A stretch of DNA of 63,981 nucleotides, filler included, from Stramenopiles sp. TOSAG23-2 (Eukaryota): the NCBI GenBank assembly GCA_900128395.1. It is 3 parts of 3 records of this genome, joined end to end, with 100 filler letters (N's around TTAATTAATTAA, not from the genome) between each part and the next. Parts side by side here need not be neighbours in the genome. Positions count along the whole stretch, not along the records: positions 23,327 to 46,549 come from LT649494.1; 2 more parts are not named here. One strand, given 5' to 3'. Of this stretch, positions 34,636 to 46,649 are shown one piece after another. The notes beneath the pieces were generated by a model. That model was not told the DNA's origin and ran no database searches. It saw only the letters and a program-made list of their open reading frames with translations. How positions within the stretch are numbered: the first letter of the stretch is position 1; each line of letters opens with the position of its first letter. Both the position numbers and the translations under genes were made by a program.

Positions 34636-35529
34636 ATGACAGCCTCAATGTTTGATGCCAAGACCATGGTGGAATTGCCTTATTCTGAATCAAGTGAAAT
34701 TAAATATAATTTTCAAGACGTGTTATTGTATAATTTAGGAGTGGGTTGTACAGACTTGCAATTTATGCATGAAAAGCATCCAAATTTTAGTGTCTTCCCT
34801 ACATTTCCAATACGATTTGCAGGATCTGGTGCATGGGAAAGATTTCCTAGGACAACACCAGGATTAAATATTGATGGTGAGCGTTATATGGAATTATTAG
34901 CTCCATTACCAGTACCTAAAAGTAGAAAAGATACAGTGTCAGTTTTCGCCAGTGCAAAAGTATGTGGTTTACATGATAAAAAAACAGGTGCCTTATGTGA
35001 GTTTGAAACGTTGATTAAAGATAAAGATGGAAAGGATTTAGTCAAATTAATTAACGGTGAATTTTATCGTGGTATTAAAAAATTAGGTGATATTGGTCCA
35101 TTTCCATCTTATGGAAAAACATATTCTGAATCAGTCCCACCACCAAAAAGAATGCCTGATATGAATGTTCGCTTGGAAATTCCAAATAATGCAGCACATA
35201 TATACAGGTTATCTGGTGATTACCTTCCACATCATATTGATCCAGCTGCAGCAAAACTTGTTGGATATGATCGTGTTATATTACATGGATTATGTACATT
35301 GGGAAGAGTCACATCAGCTTTATTAACAACTTTATGTAGCAATCAAGTTAATCGTTTTAAAAGAGTAAAGATGAGATTCTCAGCACCAGTTTATATGGGT
35401 GAACAATTAAATATTCAGATTTGGTATGATGGACCTGGCAGAGTAATTTTTCAAGTTGTACCAAGAGAAAGAAATGAAATATGTGTAAGCCATGCATATT
35501 TTGAATTTAAAGTTGATGCGAAAATGTAA
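34636..35529 (+). CDS. Peroxisomal enoyl-CoA hydratase 2 (MaoC double hot-dog)
   Basis: DVLLYNLGVG, hydratase-2 motif IYRLSGDYLPHHIDP...ILHGLCTLG, RFSAPVYMG, and C-terminal PTS1 -AKM. Confidence 0.9.
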   Translation: MTASMFDAKTMVELPYSESSEIKYNFQDVLLYNLGVGCTDLQFMHEKHPNFSVFPTFPIRFAGSGAWERFPRTTPGLNIDGERYMELLAPLPVPKSRKDTVSVFASAKVCGLHDKKTGALCEFETLIKDKDGKDLVKLINGEFYRGIKKLGDIGPFPSYGKTYSESVPPPKRMPDMNVRLEIPNNAAHIYRLSGDYLPHHIDPAAAKLVGYDRVILHGLCTLGRVTSALLTTLCSNQVNRFKRVKMRFSAPVYMGEQLNIQIWYDGPGRVIFQVVPRERNEICVSHAYFEFKVDAKM

Positions 35530-36053
35530 AAGTGGAACGACAGAAACGTGTATAATATATATAGATATTATTATATTCGTCGTGTGTGTGTTATATAATA
35601 TTTTTATATAATATTTTGAAGGGTAAGAGAACATTTTATAAAGTTGATGCGAAAATGTAAAAGTGGAACGACAGAAACGTGTATAATATATATCTAGATA
35701 TTATTATATTCGTCGTGTGTGTGTTATACGAAGTAATATTTATATAAAATATTTTTATCATAGTGCCATATAAAAATATTTTTTCAAATTAATATTTTAA
35801 ATATTTACTCTTATAAAAACAAAAGATTATTTATCTCCTCTCTCAATATTTAGAATTTATTTTATACACATATATGTATAATGTAAAAAATATATTATAT
35901 ATTCTGTGTTTTACAAATTATTTCTCTTCTTATATGATTCCTCTCGTTGCTTTTTTTTAAAACAAAAGATTATTTATCTCCTCTCTCAATATTTAGAATT
36001 TATTTTATACACATATATGTATAATGTAAAAAATATATTATATATTCTGTGTT

Positions 36054-36452
36054 TTACAAATTATTTCTCTTCTTATATGATTCCTCTCGTTGCTTTTTTT
36101 TCAAAACTTGTACTTCTTTTCTAGCACATGTGGTAAAAAGTCTCCATCTATGAAAATCAACCTCACCAGGTTCTAACGGATCATCTCCATAAATTTTATC
36201 AAAACATTGAATCGAAGTACATTTATTGATACAATTATCATTTTCCTCTGGATGTATTAATTTACATTCTTCTGACGTGATACAATCACGCCGTTTTGCA
36301 CGCCACACACGATCTAATTTCTTCCTCTTCGTATGTGCATTTGCAGCTCGAATAAAGGAATTCTTATTATTTTCAACCAAAAAAATTGCTATTACTATTA
36401 TGAATAATTCAAATAATTTAAAAGATATTTTGAGTTTATGCCAATAATTCAT
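36054..36452 (-). CDS. Small secreted/membrane Cys protein (DUF4787-like)
   Basis: N-terminal hydrophobic stretch and NCINKCTSIQCFDKIYGDDPLEPGEVD..R...F..C. Confidence 0.75.
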   Translation of the reverse strand: MNYWHKLKISFKLFELFIIVIAIFLVENNKNSFIRAANAHTKRKKLDRVWRAKRRDCITSEECKLIHPEENDNCINKCTSIQCFDKIYGDDPLEPGEVDFHRWRLFTTCARKEVQVLKKKQREESYKKRNNL

Positions 36453-37396
36453 TTTTTTACATTAAATAATAATAATAATAATAATATGTATTCTCTCTTT
36501 TTCTTGCTTTTTTTTCTATCTTTTTTTTGTCTCTCATTAATTTCAAAAATAAATATACACCATATATACGAATATTGTACTCTTCAAGCTTTTACAACTA
36601 GATTTTATACTGTATTATTAAATGTATACATCCAATACTTCTATATGTATATAGACGACTATTTCAACTTATATTTAAAATACAATATTCAATAATAGTG
36701 TAAGTGCAATAATAAAAAATGTATATATCCTATAGGACTAGATTTTATACTGTATTATTAAATGTATACATCCAATACTTCTATATGTATATAGACGACT
36801 ATTTCAACTTATATTTAAAATACAATATTCAATAATAGTGCAATAATAATAAAAAAATGTATAGCTAAAGCACACGGGAAGAATACCAGAATACAGGTAC
36901 TGTATCAATCAAGAAAACTGGAAGTTGGATTCCTTAACCATCCACACACACCTTATACAGTAATACAACTTGATATATACCACTATAGCAGGTGAATACG
37001 ATGGCCCAGGTTTTTGCACCCCTATAGGAAAGCACACGGGAAGAATACCAGAATACTAATACAGGTACTGTATCAATCAAGAAAACTGGAAGTTGGATTC
37101 CTTAACCATCCACACACACCTTATAATACAACTTGATGTGGGCATGGTGGGCATATTTTTATTTTGATTTTGGACAACCACAGACAACAACAACACCACA
37201 AATAATCATCATGCAATTCGGCATCATGCACTCATCATTATTAAATATAAATGTATAGACGATCATATATCTGATATATATAGATGTACTTGATAACACG
37301 TCATACACTAATCATATTATAGCATTGGATACGAAACACATTGTATACAACACACATAAACACATATATACATAAACATATATATATATATATATC

Positions 37397-38407
37397 ATGT
37401 CCAGTCCCCCACCACTTGATTTAAATTTCATCAATACGTTCCTACACCAAGTATGGAAAGATGATTTAAAAGTAACACCAAAACAATTTCAACCAATACC
37501 ATCGTTTGATAATCATATGGATATTGTCAAGGAAGAACAACAAATTGTGAAAGAAGATGAAGCCTCTTCACGACGCACTGTGCTGGTGAATGAAAGAATT
37601 TTAAAATTGCAAATGAACAATCCAACAGATTTTGGTGGTCCAATTGATTGGAAATTTGAACTAAGTGCATTTAGAGTATTACCATATCCATCTTATTATA
37701 CAAAACCATTTCATAGCATACCAGGTGGTTGGTTATCAAAATTTGCAGCTGAAAACAATCGTATCGCAATGCAAGCTATTTATCAAGATGCGCACCCAGA
37801 AGCATGTGAAGGTGTACGTAAAGAATTGTCAAAGTTCGTACCAAAAAGCTCTACTCGAATTGTTGATTTAGGTAGCGGTGATGGCGATGGTCCTGCCATT
37901 ACTGCGCGTATGTTTCCGAGTGCAAAAGTCATTGCTATTGAAGCTTCTCCGTTTATGATTGTATGTGGTCGTAGACAAAATCGTGATTGTGTAAATTTAG
38001 AATTTCATCATCAATTAGCTGAAAACACTTATATACCATCTAATTCTATTGATACCGTGACTGTTACATTACTTTTGCATGAATGTTCTAATGAAGGCAA
38101 GAGAAATATATTAACTGAAGCATATAGAATATTAAAACCTAATGGTACAATAGTTTTAACTGATACGCCACAAACTGATTTATTTACTTACCGAGGATTT
38201 TATGAACCATGGAAACATCAATGGAAAGATTTTAATGCTACAAAATCATTATCAAATGTTGGATTTGTCAATATAATTGACCATGGAATTGTAGGTGGAG
38301 ATGGACATGTTAAATCCATTGAAGAACATAAGGAGACAAGTGTGGAAAGTACTGATAATCGTTTATTTGTCTTTACAGCAATGAAAAAAATGAAATCAAG
38401 TTTGTAA
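37397..38407 (+). CDS. Class I SAM-dependent methyltransferase
   Basis: YPSYYTKPFHS, RIVDLGSGDG, LLLHEC and EAYRILKPNGTI; ends in -SSL (possible PTS1). Confidence 0.88.
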   Translation: MSSPPPLDLNFINTFLHQVWKDDLKVTPKQFQPIPSFDNHMDIVKEEQQIVKEDEASSRRTVLVNERILKLQMNNPTDFGGPIDWKFELSAFRVLPYPSYYTKPFHSIPGGWLSKFAAENNRIAMQAIYQDAHPEACEGVRKELSKFVPKSSTRIVDLGSGDGDGPAITARMFPSAKVIAIEASPFMIVCGRRQNRDCVNLEFHHQLAENTYIPSNSIDTVTVTLLLHECSNEGKRNILTEAYRILKPNGTIVLTDTPQTDLFTYRGFYEPWKHQWKDFNATKSLSNVGFVNIIDHGIVGGDGHVKSIEEHKETSVESTDNRLFVFTAMKKMKSSL

Positions 38408-38714
38408 AAAAAAAAAAATACGCGGCTTCGTATCATATTATTCGAAATTTTAAATATATTTTAATTTAAATAAAAATAAAATGATGAATATAAAAAATGT
38501 ACGCTACACGAATATTTTAATTTTTTATTCCTACCCATTGACAATTCCTACTCTCAAAAGAATACATTGACGGAGCCAATATTAATATCTATAAATAAGA
38601 GAATTTTTAAATTAAGTATCTCTCTATTATTTTCCATGATACGAACGACATTACGAGTATATGATACGTACGTAACACTTCGTACCTGTTTTTCTTTTCT
38701 TCTTTTCTTAAATT

Positions 38715-41276
38715 TTACTTATTCAATGTTGGTGATACACTGCCTTTTTTAGCTTTCTTCTTTGGGGATCTTGGGATTCGTTGATTTGCTTTTTTCTTTT
38801 TTTCTTCTATACGCAATGTTTTTCTAGTTCGTTTTTTAATTTCATTGCGTTTATGTAAATTGACAGCTTTTAAAGTTTTCTCGATGATCAAATCATCTTT
38901 TGTAGCAACATCTTCGTCTACTCGTAATGCCTTTTCTACACGACTATTGTATCTTCCCATGTCTGTTCGTTCATGGACTTTTTCATCATATATCAAATGG
39001 CCTTCTTTGATTTTTGGACGATAGGTTGCATCTATATTTTCATTTAATCGTATTTCATTTTCAATTGATATTATCGCTTCCCGGAACAATTCCATTTGAT
39101 CAACAGGTGGCAATTGAGTTCCTCTTAACATTGCGCGCTGATTTGGTATTGGCAAATCCGATCTAGAAACTCGTGCTTGCAAACTTTGAATACCAATTTT
39201 TACCTTCGTCACTAAATTGTGAAAAAATGAAACTAAATTCTTACGCTGGTCTAATTCCACGTTTGCATCTCTTAATTTGTCTTGTAAATATTGTTCAACA
39301 TGAATGAAGTTGGTTGCCGATCTTGTTGCTTCATCAAGAGAGGGAGATGCCTTTGTTTCTCGATTGGAGGTATAATCATCCAATAATTCATTAGCTAAAG
39401 CTTCTGTAGCTTTACGTTGATTTTTATCAGGGCTTTCATATTGTCGTTTTTGTTCTTGACTTTCGATTTGTGTAGTATCATATGTATTTTCGTCGCCATC
39501 TTGTTTCTTGATTTGTTTTTGTTGTACACTGTTGTTGTTCTTATTATTGTTACTTTCTATACTGATTGCTAATGCTTTTGATTTCAATTTTTCTAACTCC
39601 TCTTGCTTTGATTTAATAGTTTTTTCATGTTTATCAATCGTAGTTTCCAATTCTGTTTTCGTTTGCTCTTGCCCATAAATGTCAACTAACCAAGCTTCTG
39701 GTGATATTTCACCAGATGAAAAATTGTGGACACGATGAATTTTTTTTAATATTCTTTCTAATTCCCTAAATTGAAAATATTGATTCCCATATCGTATTTG
39801 CACGGCGCTTGGATTTTCTACAAATATGGAACCAAAAATTCCAGTATTATGTCGTTTGCTATTTTCCTCTATTTGTCCTACTAATTTGTCAAATTCATGC
39901 CCAGCTGCTATTAATTTCCTATTATTTTTACGTTTCAGTACATTATCTTGAATCTTTATTATTTTTTTACTTTGTTCCATGTCTTTTTCTAGTTCAATAT
40001 TTAATTTATGTATTTGCTCCTTTGATTGCTCACGTAATTTCTCTAACTCTAATTTCACTTCGTTTCTCATACGTTTTGCTTCTAGACCTAACTCGTACAA
40101 TGAATTGTAATGTCGACGTACCGCTTTAATTTTTTGTGATATTTCGATTGATTTTTTCTTACTATCAACCATTAATATTTTTTCACGTTTCAACATATGT
40201 TCCAACGTTTGTTGATATGCTAAGACACGTGATGAATTTGCAGTCATAATATCACGTCTGGCATATAATTTTTTCTTTTTTTCTTCAATAATACTTAAAG
40301 ATGCAATTAACATAGCTATCTTTGATTCCATATTTCGATATGCAGTCTCCAAATGTACCAATTCCTGCTTTTTTAGATTTTCTTTTGTTAATAATGTATT
40401 TAATTCCAAACTTAACTCACTAATCTCTTTTTCTACTTTTGCAATGATTTTTTTGCTTTCCCGTTTCAATCCATAACGTGTATCAATGATATCATCTTGT
40501 TCCAACGTTGTTTTAATTCCAGCCATTGCTTGTTCTACAAAATCCTCCTTTTTTTTATCTCCGTCTCTACCAATACTCTTCTTTTTCTTTTTACCATTTT
40601 TGTTTCCATTTCCACGGATTCTTTTAATATTTTTTTGGCGTTCTTTCATTACTTTTGCTGATAAGTCAGATACCATTTTTTCCATTATATATGTTAATTT
40701 CTCGTTATTTTTGAAATATTTTTGCTCAACTGTCGCCGCTTCCAATGCTTTAAAATTATTATCATCGTCACTATCATCACTTTCATCAAGACTATTAAAT
40801 GAATCATCACTACGAGCAGTTGATAAAGTATTGCTTGGGCTGATATTTCCCCTTAGTTTTCGCCGTATTGGAGTTGGTCTTCTTCGTCCTTTTAAATTGT
40901 CTTTATTTACACTTGATGGACGTCGTGGTACTTTATTACTATTATGTATTTTCACTTTTAGACTTTTAAACTTGCGACTGTTATTATTATAATTATTAGA
41001 ACTTGTTATATTGTTTATATTAATCGGTGAAGTATTCGATGAACGTGGACTTCTTTTACGCGGTCTCCATTTTTTGCTAGGATTACTTATATATTGTCCA
41101 CTTTCTTTCCTTTGCTGTGTATGCCACCATACATCTTTATCTATTTTAGTTGCAAAAAAACTCTTTAAGTTTGGAGTATTATTAAATTTAATAGTTGACA
41201 ATGATGTATTAGCTTTCAAATGTTGTTTCAGATTCTTTGCAGCTGCTGTGTTAGATGTTGACAAAGATGGATTCAT
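38715..41276 (-). CDS. Long coiled-coil protein of unknown function
   Basis: 853-aa open frame with K/E/L heptad-rich central and C-terminal regions. Confidence 0.75.
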   Translation of the reverse strand: MNPSLSTSNTAAAKNLKQHLKANTSLSTIKFNNTPNLKSFFATKIDKDVWWHTQQRKESGQYISNPSKKWRPRKRSPRSSNTSPININNITSSNNYNNNSRKFKSLKVKIHNSNKVPRRPSSVNKDNLKGRRRPTPIRRKLRGNISPSNTLSTARSDDSFNSLDESDDSDDDNNFKALEAATVEQKYFKNNEKLTYIMEKMVSDLSAKVMKERQKNIKRIRGNGNKNGKKKKKSIGRDGDKKKEDFVEQAMAGIKTTLEQDDIIDTRYGLKRESKKIIAKVEKEISELSLELNTLLTKENLKKQELVHLETAYRNMESKIAMLIASLSIIEEKKKKLYARRDIMTANSSRVLAYQQTLEHMLKREKILMVDSKKKSIEISQKIKAVRRHYNSLYELGLEAKRMRNEVKLELEKLREQSKEQIHKLNIELEKDMEQSKKIIKIQDNVLKRKNNRKLIAAGHEFDKLVGQIEENSKRHNTGIFGSIFVENPSAVQIRYGNQYFQFRELERILKKIHRVHNFSSGEISPEAWLVDIYGQEQTKTELETTIDKHEKTIKSKQEELEKLKSKALAISIESNNNKNNNSVQQKQIKKQDGDENTYDTTQIESQEQKRQYESPDKNQRKATEALANELLDDYTSNRETKASPSLDEATRSATNFIHVEQYLQDKLRDANVELDQRKNLVSFFHNLVTKVKIGIQSLQARVSRSDLPIPNQRAMLRGTQLPPVDQMELFREAIISIENEIRLNENIDATYRPKIKEGHLIYDEKVHERTDMGRYNSRVEKALRVDEDVATKDDLIIEKTLKAVNLHKRNEIKKRTRKTLRIEEKKKKANQRIPRSPKKKAKKGSVSPTLNK

Positions 41277-41981
41277 TTTTTAATACATACATATATATAT
41301 ATATTTATATACATAAATTAGTTAAATAAACTTAATACATTTCTTAGGTAAAGTTTCATATATAAATATTCTATACAGTGTGAAAATATCTATGCATATA
41401 TTGATAATAAATAATACTACAGGATTAATTTATATTATTAAAAAAACACTTGATGTAACTGCTAATAGCCCAGCCAGCTTGTGCTCTTGTGGTTATTATT
41501 ATTATTATACTACTATTATAGTACCAGGTACAATGTACTATAATGTATTAATTTAACTGCCAGCTGTAGCAGCTGTCCAGCTGTCCTCGTAGATAGTCTA
41601 GCAGCACAAAAACATGTATACTGTACCGTATGCAGCGTTTAACTTTAGCAACTTTATACCAGGTAGTGGCATAAAAAAAAGTTTCTTTTTTTTCTTTTTT
41701 TATTTAATCTATTTTGTCCTATCAAAATTATAGCTTAGTATAGTTTGTTATATAGTTATTATTCAATTTATATAGCTGTTATAAAGACAAAGATACACAT
41801 CACCACACACACATGTGTGTGGGATTATTATATTTTATGTGTACATCATTATACATGTATATTACATCAATTACACAAATGTAAACAAGAGGAAAATATA
41901 TATAGAATAAATGCATATACAAATATTAATTTTAGATACGGATTGCCTAATACAGAAACATAAAAAAGAAACAACAATAAC

Positions 41982-42300
41982 ATGGCGCTTGCAAAAACGA
42001 TGATTTTTACTCAGACAGTAGCTCGAGCGAAGATGATGATGATGATGACGATGAGGGGGAAGAAAAGGATGGGAATATCGATGAATTCGGGAACATTATT
42101 GAGAAAAAGAAAAAAGATAGTTTGGAAGCATCTTCCGAAATAGATAGAGATTCTTTAGTCATAATACCTACCATTGAAGTTTCGTTTGAAGTTGTATTGT
42201 GGATTGTGTACGCCGTATTATTTTTTTTAATTAAAAATGCTCTACTCATATCTTTTGATTCTTTATATAATTATTATACAGTATGTGTATATATTATTTA
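41982..42300 (+). pseudogene. Acidic N-terminus + TM gene fragment with an apparent frameshift just after the ATG
   Basis: One extra A in the A5 run after ATGGCGCTTGC gives MALAKNDDFYSDSSSSEDDDDDDDEGEE...VVLWIVYAVLFFLIK. A GTATGT donor-like site sits at 42281. Confidence 0.4.
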
Positions 42301-42462
42301 ATGTATTTTTGAAGAGAGAGAGAGAGAGGTGTTGTCTAACCTAAAAACCAATGTTTTTATATGATAATTATATATTGTGCAAAATTGTGCATTGCAAATT
42401 GAAGGAGGAGGACGGAGTAGTAAAAATTGTGCAATTCATTTACTGTATCTTTTTTCCCACAG

Positions 42463-42850
42463 CTCTTGTTGGTCATTAATCACGATTGCTCACCCGCAAA
42501 ATTGGATCGTAGGCGATGCTGTGTCTATGATAGATATATGCTAGCATTGTACTACGCTTAAAACCAATAGCATAGACACAGGGGGTGTTATTTTCAATTT
42601 GGCATTTCGAGTTGGAATTTCCTCACCGAGAGGATGAAAGTAGTACAACAATTAGTAGATAAATCCAACTTTTATTACTATCAAACTGAGTTTATTCCAA
42701 ATCCAAATGCGAAATTGAAAATAACACCCCCTGTGTCTATGCTATTGGTTTTCAGGCGTAGTACTATGCTAGCATATATCTACCATGGACACAGCATGGC
42801 CTACGATCCAATTTTGCGGGTGAGGAATCGTGATTAATGACCAACAAGAG
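42463..42850. repeat. Long imperfect inverted repeat (arms 42463-42618 and 42694-42850, 75-nt spacer)
   Basis: CTCTTGTTGGTCATTAATCACGATT...TTGGAAT is the reverse complement of ATTCCAA...AATCGTGATTAATGACCAACAAGAG, with about 10 differences over ~156 bp. Confidence 0.95.
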
Positions 42851-43136
42851 GATAGAGCTATTACCAGAATACCATCACTAACCCTATCAAATATTTATAG
42901 TATACTAAATCTATACTTATTTGACCCCACTATTTGGGGAGGTTTTAATCCGTCTTCTCTTCTTATTATCAAGGAAAAAAGGAAAAAGGGGGAAAGCCAA
43001 TGTGCAATTAACTGAAAAGGATGTACAGATCATAAACCATAACAGTTCATCAACTCAAAGATAGAGCATTCCACGAAATACAAAACAAATCAGCATAACC
43101 TTAATTTCATTAATCAATCAGTCGTGTGTAACAAAT

Positions 43137-45212
43137 ATGGCTAAGTTGACAATAAAGATTATTGCAATTTTCTTTCTGATTCTATTAGTTAACCATGAGT
43201 GTATAAATGTTGTAAATGCTATTGAATCAAGTAAAACTTCGCTTCGGTTGTTTAGAACAAACTCACAATCGTCCATGAAACGTTCGTTGGCTAAATTAAG
43301 TATAGCCTCGAAGTCACAGATTTCCCAGTCTAAATCCAAAAGCAGGGCTGGTTCTTTAGTTGCTTTTGGTATTTTTTTCGGAATCGTTCTTTTCGATATA
43401 GCTGTGAAAAAGCATCGACACAAGTTCGAAGCATTTAACAGAAATGTTAAAATATTTAAGGATCAAACTTATGAAGAAGAAAAGCTACAAAACGCAGTGA
43501 CTAAACTCGCATTCTGTTGTAATGCTAGGAAGAAAAAAAAATGCAAGAAAATGTTTGGTGACGAGCCATTTGTGAGGTATAGCAACAAAGAAAAATTTGG
43601 TAAATGTGATGAAACCTTGACAAATTTTTATTCTGTTTACTTTACCTTTGTTTCAGACGTAAATAACACAGCGTACAAGGAATCAAAAGTACACGAGAAA
43701 CCTGAAACAGATTTTGAGAATGAAAATGACTCCTTGCTTGAAACGCATTTGTTGGGATCACTTAAGAGTAATCCAAGTCTGATAGACTTGATCAGCAAAT
43801 ATCTTGGTGCCGCTATATATGGTTTGTTTAATGGGCTTACACTTGGAATGTTGAATGAAAAAATAAAAGACGATTTACAAAACATTATTGGAGATTACAT
43901 TACACTGGCTGAATATATTCTTCAGCTTGTTTGGTCCGCTGTTAAAATAGTTAAACATTTGGTGGAATGTACTCGAAATACCATCGACCCAGTGAAGGTT
44001 TTTTGGGATTGGTATTATGGCAACTCTGATGCTGACATGAGGGAATTAGCGAAGGCTATACAAAATTTTGTGGCGACGTTCGAATTGTTTCTTGAAGCTT
44101 TGTATAAAACTCTTGTGGATACATGGTATATGACCAAGGACGGGTGCTTGATAATTATTTCTGTTTTGCTCATAACTTTAGCAGTTGTAGCATTCATTAA
44201 ATCAGTGTCTATGCTAGGTGGACCATATGCATGGGGTGTGCAGCTTCTTGCTATGCTTGCAAGTAGCTATTTTGTTGCAAAATTTATTCTAGTAAGATTT
44301 TATAAATTTGGTAAGGCCATTGTAACTAAGAACATAAATGGCGAAAAATTGGTAATTCTTGCATGTGAGCTTGTTGGTGCAGTTTTAAATCTTGTATTTT
44401 TTTCTGGGCTTAGCGAAATAGAAAAGCTTGCTGCAAAAGCTGGATTTGGAACAAACAATATTGTTTTTAAAGTAGCAAAGAGCATTTCAACACGTGCAGA
44501 AATTACAGACAAATGGCTTGATCAGTTCAAGTCAGTTGAAGCAGGGAAATATTTTATTAATTTAGTAAAATCTAATTTCAAAAAAGCTGCTATGAAAGCC
44601 GCACAGTCCGGAAATCAGGGTCCTGGAGTAAGCATCTTTTCTACTAATCGAGGTCTGCCTCCTGGAAAAACAGGAGTAATGGATGCTACCAAATTTAAAG
44701 CTGGTGTTCGTGACAAATCCGATGAGTTGTTTAAAGGAGAGAAATTAGAAGAAGGAACAAAAATATTAAAAAAAAGAGGTTGGGATTTCATGGGCCGGAC
44801 TGAGGATTGGAAGAAGGAATTGCTTATAGTTGTCCCGTCAAAATACAATAATAAAGAAGTTTTAAAACTTGCTCGAGAACAAGTGTCAAAAAAGTGGAAG
44901 GGTGTTACCGTAGTTCTAAGAAGCTCGAAAGTTGGAGACATGTATTTTAAAGCTATTGGTATTAATCCCACGATGCGTGGGAACTATGCAGAAGAACATA
45001 CGTTAGCGCGCGATCCTACGTTAATGCCGCTCAATTTTATAAGGCGTCACTTTCCTATTTTCGATGCTGTTAGAATAAATAAAGGGACCTTTAATTGGCA
45101 AATGATTGTGCCAAAACTCGCATATTTTGTATGTGTTATCTTTTTTGGTATTGTTAATTGGAATGATGATGATGATGAAACGTTACTTTTACAGACTCAA
45201 GTGATACAGTAG
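43137..45212 (+). CDS. Orphan multi-pass membrane protein with a signal peptide
   Basis: 691-aa intronless ORF with a hydrophobic N-terminus and several TM-like segments. No family recognised. Confidence 0.7.
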   Translation: MAKLTIKIIAIFFLILLVNHECINVVNAIESSKTSLRLFRTNSQSSMKRSLAKLSIASKSQISQSKSKSRAGSLVAFGIFFGIVLFDIAVKKHRHKFEAFNRNVKIFKDQTYEEEKLQNAVTKLAFCCNARKKKKCKKMFGDEPFVRYSNKEKFGKCDETLTNFYSVYFTFVSDVNNTAYKESKVHEKPETDFENENDSLLETHLLGSLKSNPSLIDLISKYLGAAIYGLFNGLTLGMLNEKIKDDLQNIIGDYITLAEYILQLVWSAVKIVKHLVECTRNTIDPVKVFWDWYYGNSDADMRELAKAIQNFVATFELFLEALYKTLVDTWYMTKDGCLIIISVLLITLAVVAFIKSVSMLGGPYAWGVQLLAMLASSYFVAKFILVRFYKFGKAIVTKNINGEKLVILACELVGAVLNLVFFSGLSEIEKLAAKAGFGTNNIVFKVAKSISTRAEITDKWLDQFKSVEAGKYFINLVKSNFKKAAMKAAQSGNQGPGVSIFSTNRGLPPGKTGVMDATKFKAGVRDKSDELFKGEKLEEGTKILKKRGWDFMGRTEDWKKELLIVVPSKYNNKEVLKLAREQVSKKWKGVTVVLRSSKVGDMYFKAIGINPTMRGNYAEEHTLARDPTLMPLNFIRRHFPIFDAVRINKGTFNWQMIVPKLAYFVCVIFFGIVNWNDDDDETLLLQTQVIQ

Positions 45213-46549
45213 TTGATTTAGCTGGTAACTACTCCAGCAACTTCCAAAAAGAAGCGTAAGAACAATGGAAAAAATGGACGAAATGCAACAAAATTTAGAA
45301 GAAGAATTCAGAAATCTAATTCAGAAACAAATCGCAAATTTGGAAATGCAGTGAATGTGATGTATGGTTATGCTAGTCTTTCTGGGAAAACGTAGATTTG
45401 GACCTGGAAGATCTATGGTGTCCAGAGAATGGTTATGCGAGAAGCGAGACAGTTTCACAACTTGTTATTGTTGGGGCGATGGACATGAAATTGGAGTAAA
45501 ACTTAGAAAAAGTCTAAATCGTGAGACGAAGGTATGAATGAATAATATCAAATTGAAACAGTAGTAATACAAAAAAGTATTTTTATACAGAGTGCTTATT
45601 TAAGCGGTTTAGCTCGACATGGTCGAGCACTTAATCAAACAGAGACTGGGAAAGGGCTTAGCATGGACATAACATTACGAAAGTGTGTGTAGGGATATCG
45701 CTTATCAAACACTTTGATTTTTATTATTTTTTTACCTTTTCTCATATAGTATAGTCATAGCAGCTAACTAAATAGTAAATGAAATATTGATTGTACCCCT
45801 GTTTTTTAATCAAACAGGATTTAAGAGTTTGATTAATTAATCAAAACTTAATCAAATTAAAATAAATATTTATTTAATATTAAAAATACCCATAATATGA
45901 CTATACTTTTAACATATAAATAGTATTAAATTTTAACTATTTTTTGAAAATTAAAATACAAAATGTTAAATTTTTTTTGCTGCCGCACAAAAAAAAAGAG
46001 AAACAAATAACCTTAATAATAAATAAACAAGAAAAATTATATAGTTCTCCTCCTTTCTCTTTGCCAGTTTGCCAGTTTGCCCTGTGATGATACAAAAGTT
46101 GTATTATATAATATCATATGCTCAATATACTAATACTCGTATCCGTATCTCTCAGAAATATATTTTTAATGACTATGCGCATGATTCATGTATAGAGCCA
46201 AACCTAAGAGTAAGTTGATGACAACTGAACGTTAGGAACATACTTTACTAACGACGTTTCAATTGCATGTTAAAGTACCCCTACTATGGAATAGGCTTGT
46301 AAAACCTTAATAAAAGTGTCCAAAAATGAGCATTTTTTAGTAAAAATTCACTTTGGGTCTAGCGTTTCATGTAAATGTAATATTTATTTTGGTTGGAGTT
46401 TAGAGATCCAAGTTATATATATAAAGAAAGGATGTGGAGCTTTATATGGATTAAAACTGTTGGAAATGATGTTGTGAGACGTAATGCAAATTTTATATTT
46501 CAGATGAAATTTCTCAATTTTCGTACCCACTTTGGCGGAACTTTTAAAA

Positions 46550-46649
46550 NNNNNNNNNNNNNNNNNNNNNNNNNNNNNNNNNNNNNNNNNNNNTTAATTA
46601 ATTAANNNNNNNNNNNNNNNNNNNNNNNNNNNNNNNNNNNNNNNNNNNN
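46550..46649. other. Artificial scaffold linker (N + TTAATTAATTAA + N)
   Basis: Same 100-bp structure as 23227-23326. Confidence 0.97.

Noticed and set aside
35508-37137. Clustered direct repeats as a CRISPR-like array
   Set aside because: Only two copies of each long unit, no repeat-spacer periodicity, eukaryotic context.
45330-45376. WKCSECDVWLC, resembling the piggyBac transposase C-terminal Cys domain
   Set aside because: Bounded by stops within a few codons, with no transposase core nearby; too short to call.
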